Positions 1 through 12,346 of a DNA stretch of 64,000 nt are shown one piece after another. The stretch lies in the NCBI GenBank assembly GCA_030390025.1, contig JASTWF010000093.1, positions 310,001 through 374,000 of the forward strand. Direction: 5' to 3'. Positions within the stretch are counted from its first letter, which is position 1. The number at the start of each line of letters is the position of its first letter. The notes beneath the pieces were generated by a model, which saw only the letters and a list, made by a program, of their open reading frames with translations, made no database searches and was not told the DNA's origin. The position numbers and the translations under genes are program-made. Origin of the DNA: Squalus acanthias (taxonomy: Eukaryota).

Positions 1-745
1 CACCGCGGGACACACTCACTGGAAGGAAACACCGCGGGACACACTCACTGGAGACACCGCGGGACACACTCACTGGAAGGAGACACCGCGGGACACACTC
101 ACTGGAAGGAGACACCGCGGGACACACTCACTGGAAGGAGACACCGCGGGACACACTCACTGGAAGGAGACACCGCGGGACACACTCACTGGAAGGAGAC
201 ACCGCGGGACACACTCACTGGAAGGAAACACCGCGGGACACACTCACTGGAGACACCACGGGACACACTCACTGGAAGGAGACACCGCGGGACACACTCA
301 CTGGAAGGAGACACCGCGGGACACACTCACTGGAAGGAGACACCGCGGGACACACTCACTGGAGACACCGCGGGACACACTCACTGGAAGGAGACACCGC
401 GGGACACACTCACTGGAAGGAGACACCGCGGGACACACTCACTGGAGACACCGCGGGACACACTCACTGGAAGGAGACACCGCGGGACACACTCACTGGA
501 AGGAGACACCGCGGGACACACTCACTGGAAGGAGACACCGCGGGACACACTCACTGGAAGGAGACACCGCGGGACACACTCACTGGAAGGAAACACCACG
601 GGACACACTCACTGGAAGGAGACACACCGCGGGACACACTCACTGGAAGGAGACACCGCGGGACACACTCACCGGAAGGAGACACCGCGGGACACACTCA
701 CTGGAAGGAGACACTCCGCGGGACACACTCACTGGAAGGAGACAT
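1..745. repeat. Minisatellite, 29-bp unit CACCGCGGGACACACTCACTGGAAGGAGA with 24-bp deletion variants; runs off the window start
   Basis: Directly visible tandem array; units start at 1, 30 and so on; some units lack 5 nt (CACTGGAGACACC). Confidence 0.97.
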
Positions 746-747
746 GC

Positions 748-1238
748 TATAAGGAGGTCGGGACCCAAGAGCGAGGTCGAGGCCCAGGAGTGAGGACGGG
801 GCCCAGGAGCGAGGACAAGGCCCAGAGGCGAGGTCGAGGCCCAGGAGTGGTGCAGCGTGGACCAGAAGCGGGGTCGGGAGAACCACACTGCAGCCTATGA
901 AACCCAGGCAGGGAGGACCTGAGGGAAGGAGGGAGGAGGACAGTAGGAGTATGTTTGTGTCTGTGTGCTAGGCCGATGTAGCAGAGCCTGGTCTCCAATC
1001 GTCTTGGATCCCCTTGCCATTGGACCAAGACCTTGCTCTGTCAAGCCCGTGTGTTGGTGGTGTGCAATGACCACCCCACGTTAAAACAATTCATGCACAG
1101 GCATCTTCCACCCTTTAAAATGAAGTTCGGGACCTGGAACGTCAGGACCCTCGTGGACAACCCCAACAGCGACAGACCAGAACGCCGTACTGCTATCGTT
1201 ATCTGGGAGCTCAGATGTTTCGACATAGACATCACAAC
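748..1238 (+). mobile_element. 5' fragment of an RTE-clade LINE (5' UTR plus start of the APE endonuclease)
   Basis: Near-identical to 3241-3660; encodes MKFGTWNVRTL..PERRTA; truncated at about 1238. Confidence 0.85.
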
Positions 1239-2059
1239 CTGCTGTCAATCATTTCGATTTTGACAGCGGACCCGCCTCCGAACCTGCACTCTGAGTGCCG
1301 GCAAAATCGCGGCCATTAATTCAGTTCCAACTTAGTTACTATAAATCACCCAATAGTGAAGCCCCATAATATTACAGAAGGGTGTGGCTTGTGCAATTCT
1401 CAAACTTTAAAAATGCTTTTTGTAAACATTAATTTGATCAGATAGCCTCTATTTATGAGTTTCCTTTTAAAGGAAGGGATATTTTCCAATATTCTGGGAA
1501 GAAAAATATTCTTCTAAGTGACACTGATGGCGCTGGGTACAAGTGTGTATATCGAGCTGAATCATTAAACCAGTACTGAAACAATGTGATCCTTCCCAGC
1601 CTCAACTTTAACTTCTAATTTATTACCAGCTTATTCAAGGTCACTTTTTTTAAAGTCAAATTGTTAATTTAAAATGTGTTGGCAAAGAAACTCAAACTAG
1701 CACTGAAAGCATTGCCATAACTAATTTTCATTTTTTTTAACAGGAATTGAAACTGACTTTACAAAAAACCAACGGATGCTTAGAATTTTTCTTCCGATAT
1801 CTGAATTTATAATCATATTAATTCTAGCTGTAGCAATGTACAAGGAACAGTTCTTACCATATATTTCAATGCAATTTACGTCATAGCATTGTGTAATCAC
1901 CTATAATCTCTTCTCCTCAGGGCAACTGCCTATTTATGTCCTGCACACGCCCATCTGTCCCTTTCTACGGATGGAGCGTTCTCAAGACAAGACACATCCC
2001 ACTGGGCTTTGGCATTGGGAGAGTTTATCATCACTCCAGAGGCCATACATAATTGAAAG

Positions 2060-2292
2060 AAGAAAGAAAGAAAGACTTGCATTTCTATGGCGCCTTTCAC
2101 GACCACCGGACGTCTCAAAGCACTTTACAGCCAATGCAGTACTTTTTGAAGTGGAGTCACTGTTGTAATGTGAGAAAATGCGGCAGCCATTTTGCGCACA
2201 GCAAGCTCCCACGAAGAGCAATGTGATTATGACCAGATAATCTGTTTTTGTTATGTGGCTTGAGGGATAAATATTGGCCTGGACACCGGGGA
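2060..2292 (-). mobile_element. Deu-domain tRNA-derived SINE, 3' part
   Basis: Same family as the full-length copy at 27405-27885 (CACAGCAAGCTCCCAC, CTTTACAGCCAATG). Confidence 0.75.
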
Positions 2293-2929
2293 GATCAATG
2301 TTCGCTCTAAGTTGCGCGGCTGTGCAGCGCTTCAGGGGTGAGCCGGCTTTTTAATTGAAAGAAAATGCGCATGCGCAGACTTTTGAATGGGCCGCGTGGC
2401 CCATACCTTGTAAACGTTGCGATTCCATGTAGCCAACAGCTGGTGTGCGAGAAGTTCCAGGAGGCCACCTCAAGCAGGAAGAGATAAAACCTAGGGCGGG
2501 CAAGAGCGGAAATAGTAACTCACTGAAATTGTAGTTAATTCCACAACAACTTCCATTTTTGTAGCACCTGCCTAATTTTCTGTGTCCTCCCTCCCAAGTA
2601 CTGCTGCAAAAACAGCGAAGGAACTCCTGTGCGTGGTGTTCTGCGCTCTTTGCTGGATCATTCACTCTGCTGGCTAAATGTGAAATCCTGGGAACAGACT
2701 GACTCGTCTTTCTGTAGTGGGGGTGGGGGAGTTCCTGCATATCCTTAAAATGTAAAAATGAAACAGTCGCTGAGTAAAACTTTAAAAGATGGAAATGGGT
2801 AATTTGAGGGAAATTCACTGAAAACACTCCATGAGCAGCTGGACTTCAAGTTAACACAGTGATTAAAAGAAAAGTAACTGTACCTTTTGTGCAAGTGTAT
2901 TTGTTTTTCCATTTTAACATGCTTACATA

Positions 2930-3240
2930 AACAACAACTTATTATACAGCGCCTTTAACATAGTAAAACGTCAAAAGGCGCTTCGGAGGAGCATTAGCAA
3001 AGTAAATTTGACACCGAGCCACATGAGATATTACGACAGGAGCTTGGTCACAGAGGTAGGTTTTAAGGAGCATCCTCAAGGAGGAAAGAGTGGTAGAGAG
3101 GTGGAGGGGTTTAGGGAGGGAATTCCAGAGCTTAGGTCCTTGGCAGCTGAAGGCACGGCCGCCAATGGTGGAGCGATTAAAATCAGGGATGCGCAAGAGG
3201 CCAGACTTGGAGGAGCGCAGAGATCTCGCGGGTGGTTGTA
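2930..3240 (-). mobile_element. L2-like LINE 3' end fragment
   Basis: Minus-strand translation LRSSKSGLLRIP..TIGGRAFSCQGPKLWNSLP is typical of the L2 ORF2 C-terminus; related copies at 19525-19860 and 27250-28180. Confidence 0.7.
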
Positions 3241-6200
3241 GGGCGAGGACGAGGCCCAGGGCGAGGTCGAGGCCCAGGAGTGGCACAGCGTGGACCAGCA
3301 GCGGGGTCAGGAGGACCACACTGCAGCCTATGAAACACAGGCAGAGAGGACCTGAGGGAGGAGGACAGTAGGAGTATGTTTGTGTCTGTGTGCTAGGCCG
3401 ATGTAGCAGAGCCTGGTCTCCAGTCGTCTTGGATCCCCTTGCCATTGGACCAAGACCTTGCTCTGTCAAGCCCGTGTGGTAGCTGGTGTGCAACAGCCAC
3501 CCCATGTTAAAAGAATTCACACACAGGCATCTTCCACCCTTTAAAATGAAGTTCGGGACCTGGAACGTCAGGACCCTCATGGACAACCGCAAAAGCGACA
3601 GACCGGAACGCCGTACTGCTATCGTTGCCCGGGAGCTCAGACGTTTCGACATTGACATCGCTGCCCTGAGCGAGACCTGGTGAGCAGGGGAAGGCCAGCT
3701 CAAGGAGCAAGGCGGTGGTTACACCTTCTTCTGGAAAGGCAAACCTGAAGAAGAACACTGCCTCCATGGGGTAGGCTTTGCTATAAAAAATGAGCTAGTT
3801 GAACGTCTCAGAGACTCCCCTTGTGGAATAAACGAACGCCTCATGACTCTACGGCTCACCATAGCTCAGAACCAGTGCGCTACGGTCATCAGTGCGTATG
3901 CCCCAATGCTGGAAGCCACAGACGAGACCAAAGAGGAATTCTACTCCAGCCTCGAACAATCCCTGTCCCAAGTCCGAATGGGCGACAAGCTGATCCTCCT
4001 TGGCGACTTCAACGCCAGAGTTGGAAAGGACACAGACCTCTGGGGAGGTGTGATCGGCAGAGAGGGGGTAGGGAAAGCCAACTCCAATGGTACCCTCCTG
4101 TCGAAATGCTTAGAATATGGCCTTGTCATAACCAACACCTTATTCCGTCAGAGAGACAGGTACAAGGCTTCATGGCAACACCCTCGCTCCAAGCACTGGC
4201 ATCTGCTGGACTACGTCATCGTCCGAGCGAGGGACCGCAAGGACGTCCGCATCACCCGCGCCATGACAGGAGCTGACGACTGCTGGACAGACCACCGCCT
4301 AATCCACTCTGTCATCTCCATCAACGTAGCCCCAAAACAGCGGCGGCAACAGAAGCAATGCCGCAGGAAATTCAACGCTGGAGCACTCAAAGACCCCGAT
4401 AAGAAAGTCCTATTCAGCCTGCGCCTCACAACCAACCTGACGACTCCCAGTGATTCAGAGACACAGAGTGTCCACAGCACCTGGTCTGCACTCAAGGCCT
4501 CCATAATCAGCACCTGTGAAGAGACGCTCGGTCACTCGACCAGGAAACACCAAGACTGGTTCGACGAGAACAACCAGGAGCTAAAAAGTCGCAAGCGCAA
4601 GGCATTCCTGATCTGGAAACAGCAACAGAACTCGAGAGAAAGAAAGCAGCTCTACAGACGCATGAAGGCTGAGGTCCAACAAAAAACTCGCGACCTAAAG
4701 AACAGATGGTGGGTGGAGAAAGCGCAGGAGAACCAGCAGCTAGCTGACAACCACGACATGCGTGGATTCTTTAGCGCAGTCAAGACCACCTATGGCCCAA
4801 GCACCCAAGGTCCTACCCCACTCCGGGCAAAGAACGGAGAGGAACTCATCAAGGACAGAGAGCCAGTCAGTGCCCGCTGGAAGGAGCACTTCGAAGATCT
4901 CCTTAACCAAGACTCTGTCTTCGACGTGAGTGTCCTCAACTCCATCCCGCAGCATGCTACCCGCCACCATCTCAGCACAACCCCAGCCCGGCATGAGGTT
5001 GAAAAGGCCATCCGACAACTGAAGAACAACAAGGCCTCAGGAGCAGATGGAATCCCCGCCGAGGCGCTAAAACATGGCGGAGAAGCACTATTGGTGTGAA
5101 TACATGAACTCATTTCTCTTATTTGGAAGGAGGAGAGCATGCCAGGGGATCTCAGAGACGCCGTAATCGTGACCATCTTCAAGAAAGGTGACAAGTCCGA
5201 TTGCGGTAATTACAGAGGCGTCTCCCTGCTGTCTGCCACAGGGAAAGTTATCGCAAGAATCCTCCTGAATCGCCTTCTCCCAGTAGCTTAAGAGCTCCTG
5301 CCAGAGTCGCAATGCGGATTCCGCCCACTTAGGGGCACAATGGACATGATTGTCACCGCGCGTCAACTGCAAGAGAAATGCAGGGAACAGCACCAACCGC
5401 TGTACATGGCCTTCTTTGACCTCACAAAGGCCTTCGACACCGTCAACCGTGAGGGATTATGGAGTGTCCTCCTCAAATTCGGCTGCCCTCAAAAGTTTGT
5501 TACCATCCTCCGCCTGCTTCACGGCGACATGCAAGTCGTGATCCTGACCAACGGATCCACCACAGACCCAATTCATGTACGGACCGGGGTCAAGCAAGGC
5601 TGTGTCATCGCACCAACGCTCTTCTCGATCTTCCTGGCTGCAATGCTCCATCTCACCCTCAGTAAGCACCCCGCTGGAGTGGAGCTAATCAACAGAACAA
5701 ACGGGAAACTGTTCAACCTCCGTCGCCTCCAGTCCAGATCCAAGGTCGTCCCATCCTCTGTCATCGAATTACAGTATGCAGACGACACCTGCGTCTGCGC
5801 ACACTCTCAGGCCAAACTCCAATCCATCGGCAACACCTTCACCAAAGCATACGACAGCATGGGCCTTACACTAAACATCCGTAAGGCAAAGGTCCTCTAC
5901 CAACCTGCCCCCGCCACACAGTACTGCTCCCCGATTATCAAAATCCATGATGAGGCCTTGGACAAGGTGGACCACTTTCCATACCTCGGGAGCCTACTAT
6001 CAACAAGGGCAGACGTCGACGACGAAGTCCAACACTGCCTTCAGTGTGCCAGTGCAGCCTTCGGTCGCCTGAGGAAGAGAGTGTTTGAAGACCAGGACCT
6101 CAAACCCAGCACCAAGCTCATGGTGTACAGAGCAGTAGTGATACCCGCCCTCCTGTATGTTTCAGAGACATGGACTATGTACAGCAGGCACCTCAAAGCA

Positions 6201-6757
6201 TTGGAGAGGTACCACCAACGATGCCTCCGCAAGATCCTGCAAATCCATTGGCAGGATAGGCGCAACAACGTCAGTGTTCTCGCTCAGGCCAACATCCCCA
6301 GCATCGAAGCTTTGACCACGCTCGATCAGCTCCGATGGACGGGCCACATCGTCTGCATGCCCGATACGAGACTCCCAAAACAAGCGCTCTACTCGGAGCT
6401 CCGACACGGCAAGAGAGCCCCAGGTGGGCAGAGGAAACGCTTCAAGGACACCCTCAAAGCCTCCTTGAAAAAGTACAACATCCCCACCGACACCTGGGAA
6501 TCCCTGGCCCAAGACCGCACAAAGTGGAGGAGAAGCATCCGGGAAGGCGCCGAACACCTTGAGTCTCTTCGCCGGGAGCAAGCGGAAGCCAAGCGCAAAC
6601 AGCGGAAGGAGCGAACCTCAACCCAAGCACCCCACCCACCCGCCCCTTCAACCACCGTCTGCCCCACCTGTGGCAGAGACTGTAGGTCCCGCATTGAACT
6701 CATTTTTAGTGTGGAAGCAAGTCATCCTCGGTTCCGAGGGACTGCCTAAGAAGAAGA
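3241..6757 (+). mobile_element. Near full-length RTE-clade LINE, disrupted single APE-RT ORF
   Basis: ATG at 3546 (MKFGTWNVRTL); APE motifs LGDFNARVG and TDHRL; RT motifs FFDLTKAFD, GVKQGCVIAP and QYADD; C-terminal CPTCGRDC; (AAG)n tail; in-frame stops near 3681, 5097 and 5288. Confidence 0.92.
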
Positions 6758-6924
6758 CTTCTCTTTTCTAGAGAAAAGATATCCAGCCTGGTCAATCATT
6801 CCTGATAGATATAACCTTTCCGTTCTTATATCTATGGGAAGTTTTGATAGAGTAGACACACAGAGAGAGTGTATCCACTTGTGGGGATGAGTAAAACTAG
6901 AGAGCATCCATATAAGATACCTTT

Positions 6925-7155
6925 ACCGGTGTCCTGGCCAATATTTATCCCTCAATCAACATCACTAATACAGATGATCTGGTCATTATCACATTGCTGT
7001 TTGTGGGAGCTTGCTGTGCACAAGTTGGCTGCCACGTTTCCTACATTCCAACAGTGACTCCACTTCAAAAAGTGCTTCATTGGCTGTAAAGCGCTTCAGG
7101 ACGACCGGTGGTCGTGAAAGGTGCTATAGAAATTCCAAATTCTTTCTTTTTCTTT
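6925..7155 (+). mobile_element. Deu-domain SINE, 3' part
   Basis: CCGGTGTCCTGGCCAATATTTATCCCTCAA..GTGGGAGCTTGCTGTGC..(TCTT)n tail; inverse of the 2060-2292 family. Confidence 0.7.
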
Positions 7156-9170
7156 TAAGATAGTCACCAAGAAATCAAATCGGGAATTCAGAGGAAACCT
7201 CTTTACCCAGAGAGTGGTGAGAATGTGGAGCTCGCTACCACAGGGAGTGGTCATAGAATCATAGAAATTTATGACACAAAAGGAAGCCATTCGGCCCATC
7301 GTGTCTGTGCCGGCTGAAAAAGAGCTATCCAGCCTCTGGGTGAAAAAAGTTCTCCCTCATTCCCCTCTAATCCTTCTCCAATTACGTTAAATCTATGCCC
7401 CCTGGTTATTGACCTCTCTGCTAAGGGAAATAGGTTCTGCCTATCCAGTCTATCTAGGCCCCTCATAATTTTATACACCTCAATCAAGTCTCCCATCAGC
7501 CTCCTCTGTTCCAAAGGTTGAGGCGAATAGTATAGATGCATTTAAGGGGAAGCTAGATAAGCATTTGAGGGAGAAGGGAGTAGAGGAAATGCTGATAGAG
7601 TTAGATGATAGTTAGGTCAGGGAGGACTAGTGGTCACAAATTGAAGTTGTATAAGGCCAGATCTAGGTTAGATACCAGGAGATGGTTCTTTTCCCAGAGA
7701 GTAGTGGACCTCTGGAACAGGCTGTCGTCTCGTGCGGTGGACTCTGATTCGCTGAATTCCTTCAAGTGAGAGCTGGACCTGTTTCTGGCTGGGGCGGAGA
7801 TCACCTCTTACAGAAGGTAGGCACTGCAGGGAATTCAGGGCCAGAGTGATCTCCTGGACTAGTTTCCATCACCTAGACGGGTAATCGTGGAGAGGAATTT
7901 CCCAGATTTTTTTCCCAAATTGGCCTGGGTTTTTATGTTATTTTGCCTCTCCCAGGAGATCACATGGTTTCGGGTGGGGTGGAGGGTGTATATATCGTGA
8001 TACACAAGATATCGCAATTGTGTGAGACAGGCTGGATGGACCTGAGGGTCTTTACCTGTCCGTCATTGTACGTATGTCGTATGTTTGTATGCGGAAGGAT
8101 GGAGAAGAGTCGAGTGGAACATGAACCCCAGCATGGACTGGTTGGGTCAAATGGCCTGCTTCCGTGCTGTATATTCTATTTAATGGTTGTTTCTCGGACT
8201 GGAGGGAGGTGTACAGTGGAGTTCCCCCGGGTTCAGTACTAGGACCACTGCTGTTTTTCATAGACATTAATGACTTGGACTTGAGGGTATAGGGCACAAT
8301 TTCGAAATTTGCAGACGATACAAAACTTGGAAGTGTAGTAAACAATCAGGAGGATAGTAATAGACTTAAAAAGGACACAGACAGGCTGGTGGAATGGGTG
8401 GACTCACGGCAGATGAAATTCAACACATAACAGATACATTTTGGTAGGAAGAATGAGGAGAGACAATAGCTGGGGGACCAGCAAGGCCCAGACAATGCGA
8501 ATTGGCTGCAAGCCACGACAGCCAGGATACTGCGGGTGCGCGAACCGCGCATACACGGACCCTTTCTCCCGAGTCGCCAGCAGCAACGTTTCAGAGACCA
8601 ATCGCCCATTCCGATAGATAGCGGGAGGGCTGGGAACCCTACACCACCCTTTGTGTAAAGAAATTCCTCCTAAATTCTTTTTTTGATCAGTTAGTGGCTA
8701 TCTTATATTGATATCCCATTGTTCTTGACTCACCCACAAGTGGAAGCAATTTTTCCACATCTACCCTATCATAGGAACAGGAGGAGGCCATTCAGCCCAT
8801 CGAGCCTATTCCGCCATTCAATTCGATCTTGGCTGATCTGCACCTCAAATCCATTTGCTCCATAATCCTTTAGATGTTTACCGAATAAAAATCTATCAAT
8901 TTCAGTGTTGAAAATTTCAGTTGACCCAGCATTCACAGTCTTTTGGGAGAACAAGTTCCAGATCCACCACCCTTTGTGTGGAAAAAGTGCTTCCTGATTT
9001 CACTCCTAAATGGCCTGGCTCTAAATTTAAGATTGTGCCTCTTGTTCTGGATTCCCCCATCCTCGTGAATCTTTTTTGGCACTTTCTTCAGTGCTTTTTG
9101 TAGTGTGGAGACCAGAACTGCACAGAATTCTCCAAGTGTGGTCTAACCAAGGTTCTATCTACATTTAACA
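7156..9170. mobile_element. Cluster of short CR1-like LINE 3' and RT fragments in both orientations
   Basis: Fragments such as TTTACCCAGAGAGTGGTGAGAATGTGG, RRLMGDLIEVYKI (minus) and KFADDTKLG (about 8305, plus). Confidence 0.6.
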
Positions 9171-9740
9171 TTACCCCCCGCCCCTTCTGTATTCTATTCC
9201 TCTAGTCCCAGTACTTTGTTCTCTTTATGGCCTCTCCCTGAATTTCTGTCAATGTTGCTCTGCTCCTCTCTAATTCTCTCTGAATTTCTGTAATCCATTC
9301 TGCTCTGCTTCCACTGGCTAATTCTTTCTGTCTCTCTCTCTGAATTTCTGTCTGCTTTTCTCTTTCTTCATGTGTAAGGCATGTACCCAGGAATTCAGGA
9401 AGATTTGTGCACAAAACTATTATCAGTTATACAAGAACAAACAGCGGCTTTGTTTACTCTGTTGGAAAAGATGGGGCTGATAACACGATGGTGCGTCCTT
9501 CCTGGGAAAATGATGTGTGGCGCCTTCCAAATACCTGAGGTGCTTGGCTTGTGTAAATAAGGTGGTGAGTCAGAGCGGGCTGGGCACCAATACACAAGTT
9601 GTGCCCGAGGCTCAATAGCCTCCTGATTTCTTTTTTTAATTATAGTGGTCATGATGCGGAGATGCCGGTGTTGGACTGGGGTGGACAAAAATGAGAAGTC
9701 GCACAACACCAGGTTATAGTCCAACAGTTTTATTTGAAAC

Positions 9741-9780
9741 CACAAGCTTTCGGAGCTATCGATCGCCCCTTCCTCAGGTG
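9741..9780 (-). ncRNA. Minimal type I hammerhead ribozyme motif in the Penelope repeat
   Basis: cac-CUGAGGA-A-GGGGC(gaucgaua)GCUCC-GAAA-GCUU-gug; palindromic AGCU stem III. Confidence 0.72.
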
Positions 9781-11822
9781 AAGTAAAGAGATACAGAATC
9801 GCCAAAGCATATATAGATAGAGAACAATGCATGTGTTACTTACAAAAGCAGACGACTACATTTAAATAACCCTGACTGTTTATCTGCCGAGGTGTGACAA
9901 AAGGCAATCAGGTCACATCAAAGACATAGCAAGATACAACTGAGACAATGAGGTGGAGCCACAGGGGGTCCAATGTGTCAAAAGCCGCAGTATGGGAAAC
10001 GATAAACTTTAAAATTTTTACTTTTTTACTGGGAATCACATCTGTTAACAAGCCAACGACGACTCGAGTCTGGATCACGTCATGTATCGTGACATAAACC
10101 CAAGATCCCGGTTGAGGCCGTCCTCATGAGTGCGGAACTTGGCTATCAGTTTCTGCTCGATGATTTTGCGTTGTCGTGTGTTTCTAAGTCCGCCTTGGAG
10201 AACGCTTACCCGCAGATCCAAGGCTGAATGTTATTGACTGCTGAAGTGTTCCCCGACGGGGAGGGAACACTCCTGCCTGGTGATTGTTGCGCAGTGTCCG
10301 TTCATACGTTGTCTCTCAGTGTCTGCATGGTCTCGCCGATGTACCATGCCGCGGTGCATTCTTTCCTGCAACGTATGAGGTAGACAACGTTGGCCGAGTC
10401 ACATGAGTATGTACCATGTACCTGGTGGGTAGTGTCCTCACGTGTGATGATGGTATCTGTGTTGATGATCTGGCATGTCTTGCAGAGGTTGCCGTGGCAG
10501 GGTTGTGTGGTGTCGTGGTCGCTGTTATCCTGAAAGCTGGGTAATTTGCTGCGAACGATGGTACTTCTGAGGTTAGGCGGCTGTTTGAAGGCAAGTAGTG
10601 GAGGCGTGGGGATGGCCTTAGCGAGGTGTTCGTCGTCATCGATGACATGTTGGAGGCTGCGAAGAACATGGCGTAGTTTCTCCGCTCCGGGGAAGTACTG
10701 GACGACGTAGGGTACCCTGTTGGTTGTGTCCCGTGTTTGCCTTCTGAGGAGGTCTATGCGATTTTTCGCTGTGGCCCGTCAGAACTGTCGATCGATGAGT
10801 CGAGCGTCATATCCCGTTCTTACGAGGGCGTTTTTCAGCGTCCGTAGGTGTCCATCGTGTTCCTCCTCGTCTGAGCAGATCCTGTGTATTCGCAGGGCTT
10901 GTCCATAGGGGATGGCTTTTTTAACGTGGTTAGGGTGGAAGCTGGAGAAGTGGAGCATCGTGAGGTTGTCCGTGGGCTTGCGGTAGAGTGAAGTGCTGAG
11001 GTGTCCGTCTTTGATGGAGATTCGTGTGTCCAGGAATGAAACCGATTCTGAGGAGTAGTCCATGGTGAGTTTGATGGTGGGATGGAACTTGTTTATGTTA
11101 TCGTGTAGTCTTTTCAGTGATCCTTCACCATGGGTCCAAAGGAAGAAAATGTCGTCGATGTATCTGGTGTACAGCGTTGGTTGGAGGTCCTGTGCAGCGA
11201 AGAAGTCTTGCTCGAACTTGTGCTTGAAGATGTTGGCGTATTGGGGTGCGAATTTGGTCCCCATGGCTGTTCCGTGTGTTTGGGTAAAAAAATGGTTGTC
11301 GAAGGTGAAGACATTGTGGTCAAGGATGAAACGGATGAGTTGTAGGATGGCGTCTGGAGATTGGCTGTTGTTGGTGTTGAGTACTGAGGCTGTCGCAGCG
11401 ATGCCGTCATCGTGGAGGATACTGGTGTAGAGTGCCGATACGTCCATCGTGGCGAGGAGTGTTCCTGGTTCAACTGGTCCGTGGGTGCTGAGTTTCTGTA
11501 AGAAGTCTGTGGTGTCACGGCAGAAGCTGGGGATTCCCTGTACGATGGGTTTCAGGATGCCCTCGACGTATCCAAAGAGGTTCTCACACAGGGTTCCGTA
11601 TCAGGCTTTTGACACGTTAGACCCTCTGTGACTCCACCTCATTGTCTCAGTTGTATCTTGCTATGTCTTTGATGTGGTAAGTTCCTGGCTGACCTGATTG
11701 CCTTTTGTCACACCTCGGCAGATAAACAGTCAGGATGATTAAATTTAGTTGTCTGCCATTGTAAGGTACACATGCATTGTTCTCTATCTATATATGCATT
11801 GGCGATTCTGTATCTCTTTACT

Positions 11823-11860
11823 TTACCCGACGAAGGAGCAGTAACTCCGAAAGCTTGTGA
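11823..11860 (+). ncRNA. Variant hammerhead motif (CCGACGA core), probably defective
   Basis: uac-CCGACGA-A-GGAG(caguaa)CUCC-GAAA-GCUU-gug; U4 is replaced by C. Confidence 0.5.
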
Positions 11861-12346
11861 TTTCAAATAAAACTGTTGGACTATAACCTGGTGTTGTGCG
11901 ACTTCTCAATTTTGTCCACCCCAGTCCAACACCGGCATCTCCGCATCAGGACCTGTGAGCAGATTGCCTCTTTACTGTGTGGAACATAGGAACAGGAGGA
12001 GGCCATTCAGCCCCTCGAGCCTGTTCCGCCATTCAATGAGATCATGGCTGATCTGTGACTGAAAATGTTGGTAGTGAGGATCCCAGTGTTTTTCTTTTCC
12101 ATGATTAGCTGCTGTGAGTTCTACACCATGTATTGTTAGAAATTGGGATTCATGGAGTTATATCGAGTCTACAGCACAGAAACAGGCCATTCGGCCCAAC
12201 TGGTCTATGCCGGCTTTTATGCTCCATGCGAGACTCCTCCCACCCAGAGGATTTGAAGAATTATATTCATCACTGCGTGAGGAAATGATTGTATGTTGGC
12301 CTCTGTCTGTGCTGCTTCAGGAGACAGATTTAACTGCAAAATGTAT

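Larger units (their letters stand above)
9642..11948 (-). mobile_element. 5'-truncated Penelope-like element (RT C-half plus GIY-YIG) with an inverted terminal repeat
   Basis: ORF 10779-11447 (MDVSALYTSI, GTAMGT, RYIDD) matches 15916-18666; 11600-11948 is an inverted, diverged copy of 9650-9990. Confidence 0.92.

Noticed and set aside
1-745. CRISPR-like appearance of the 29-bp repeat
   Set aside because: Units are contiguous with no unique spacers, there are no cas genes, and the context is vertebrate.
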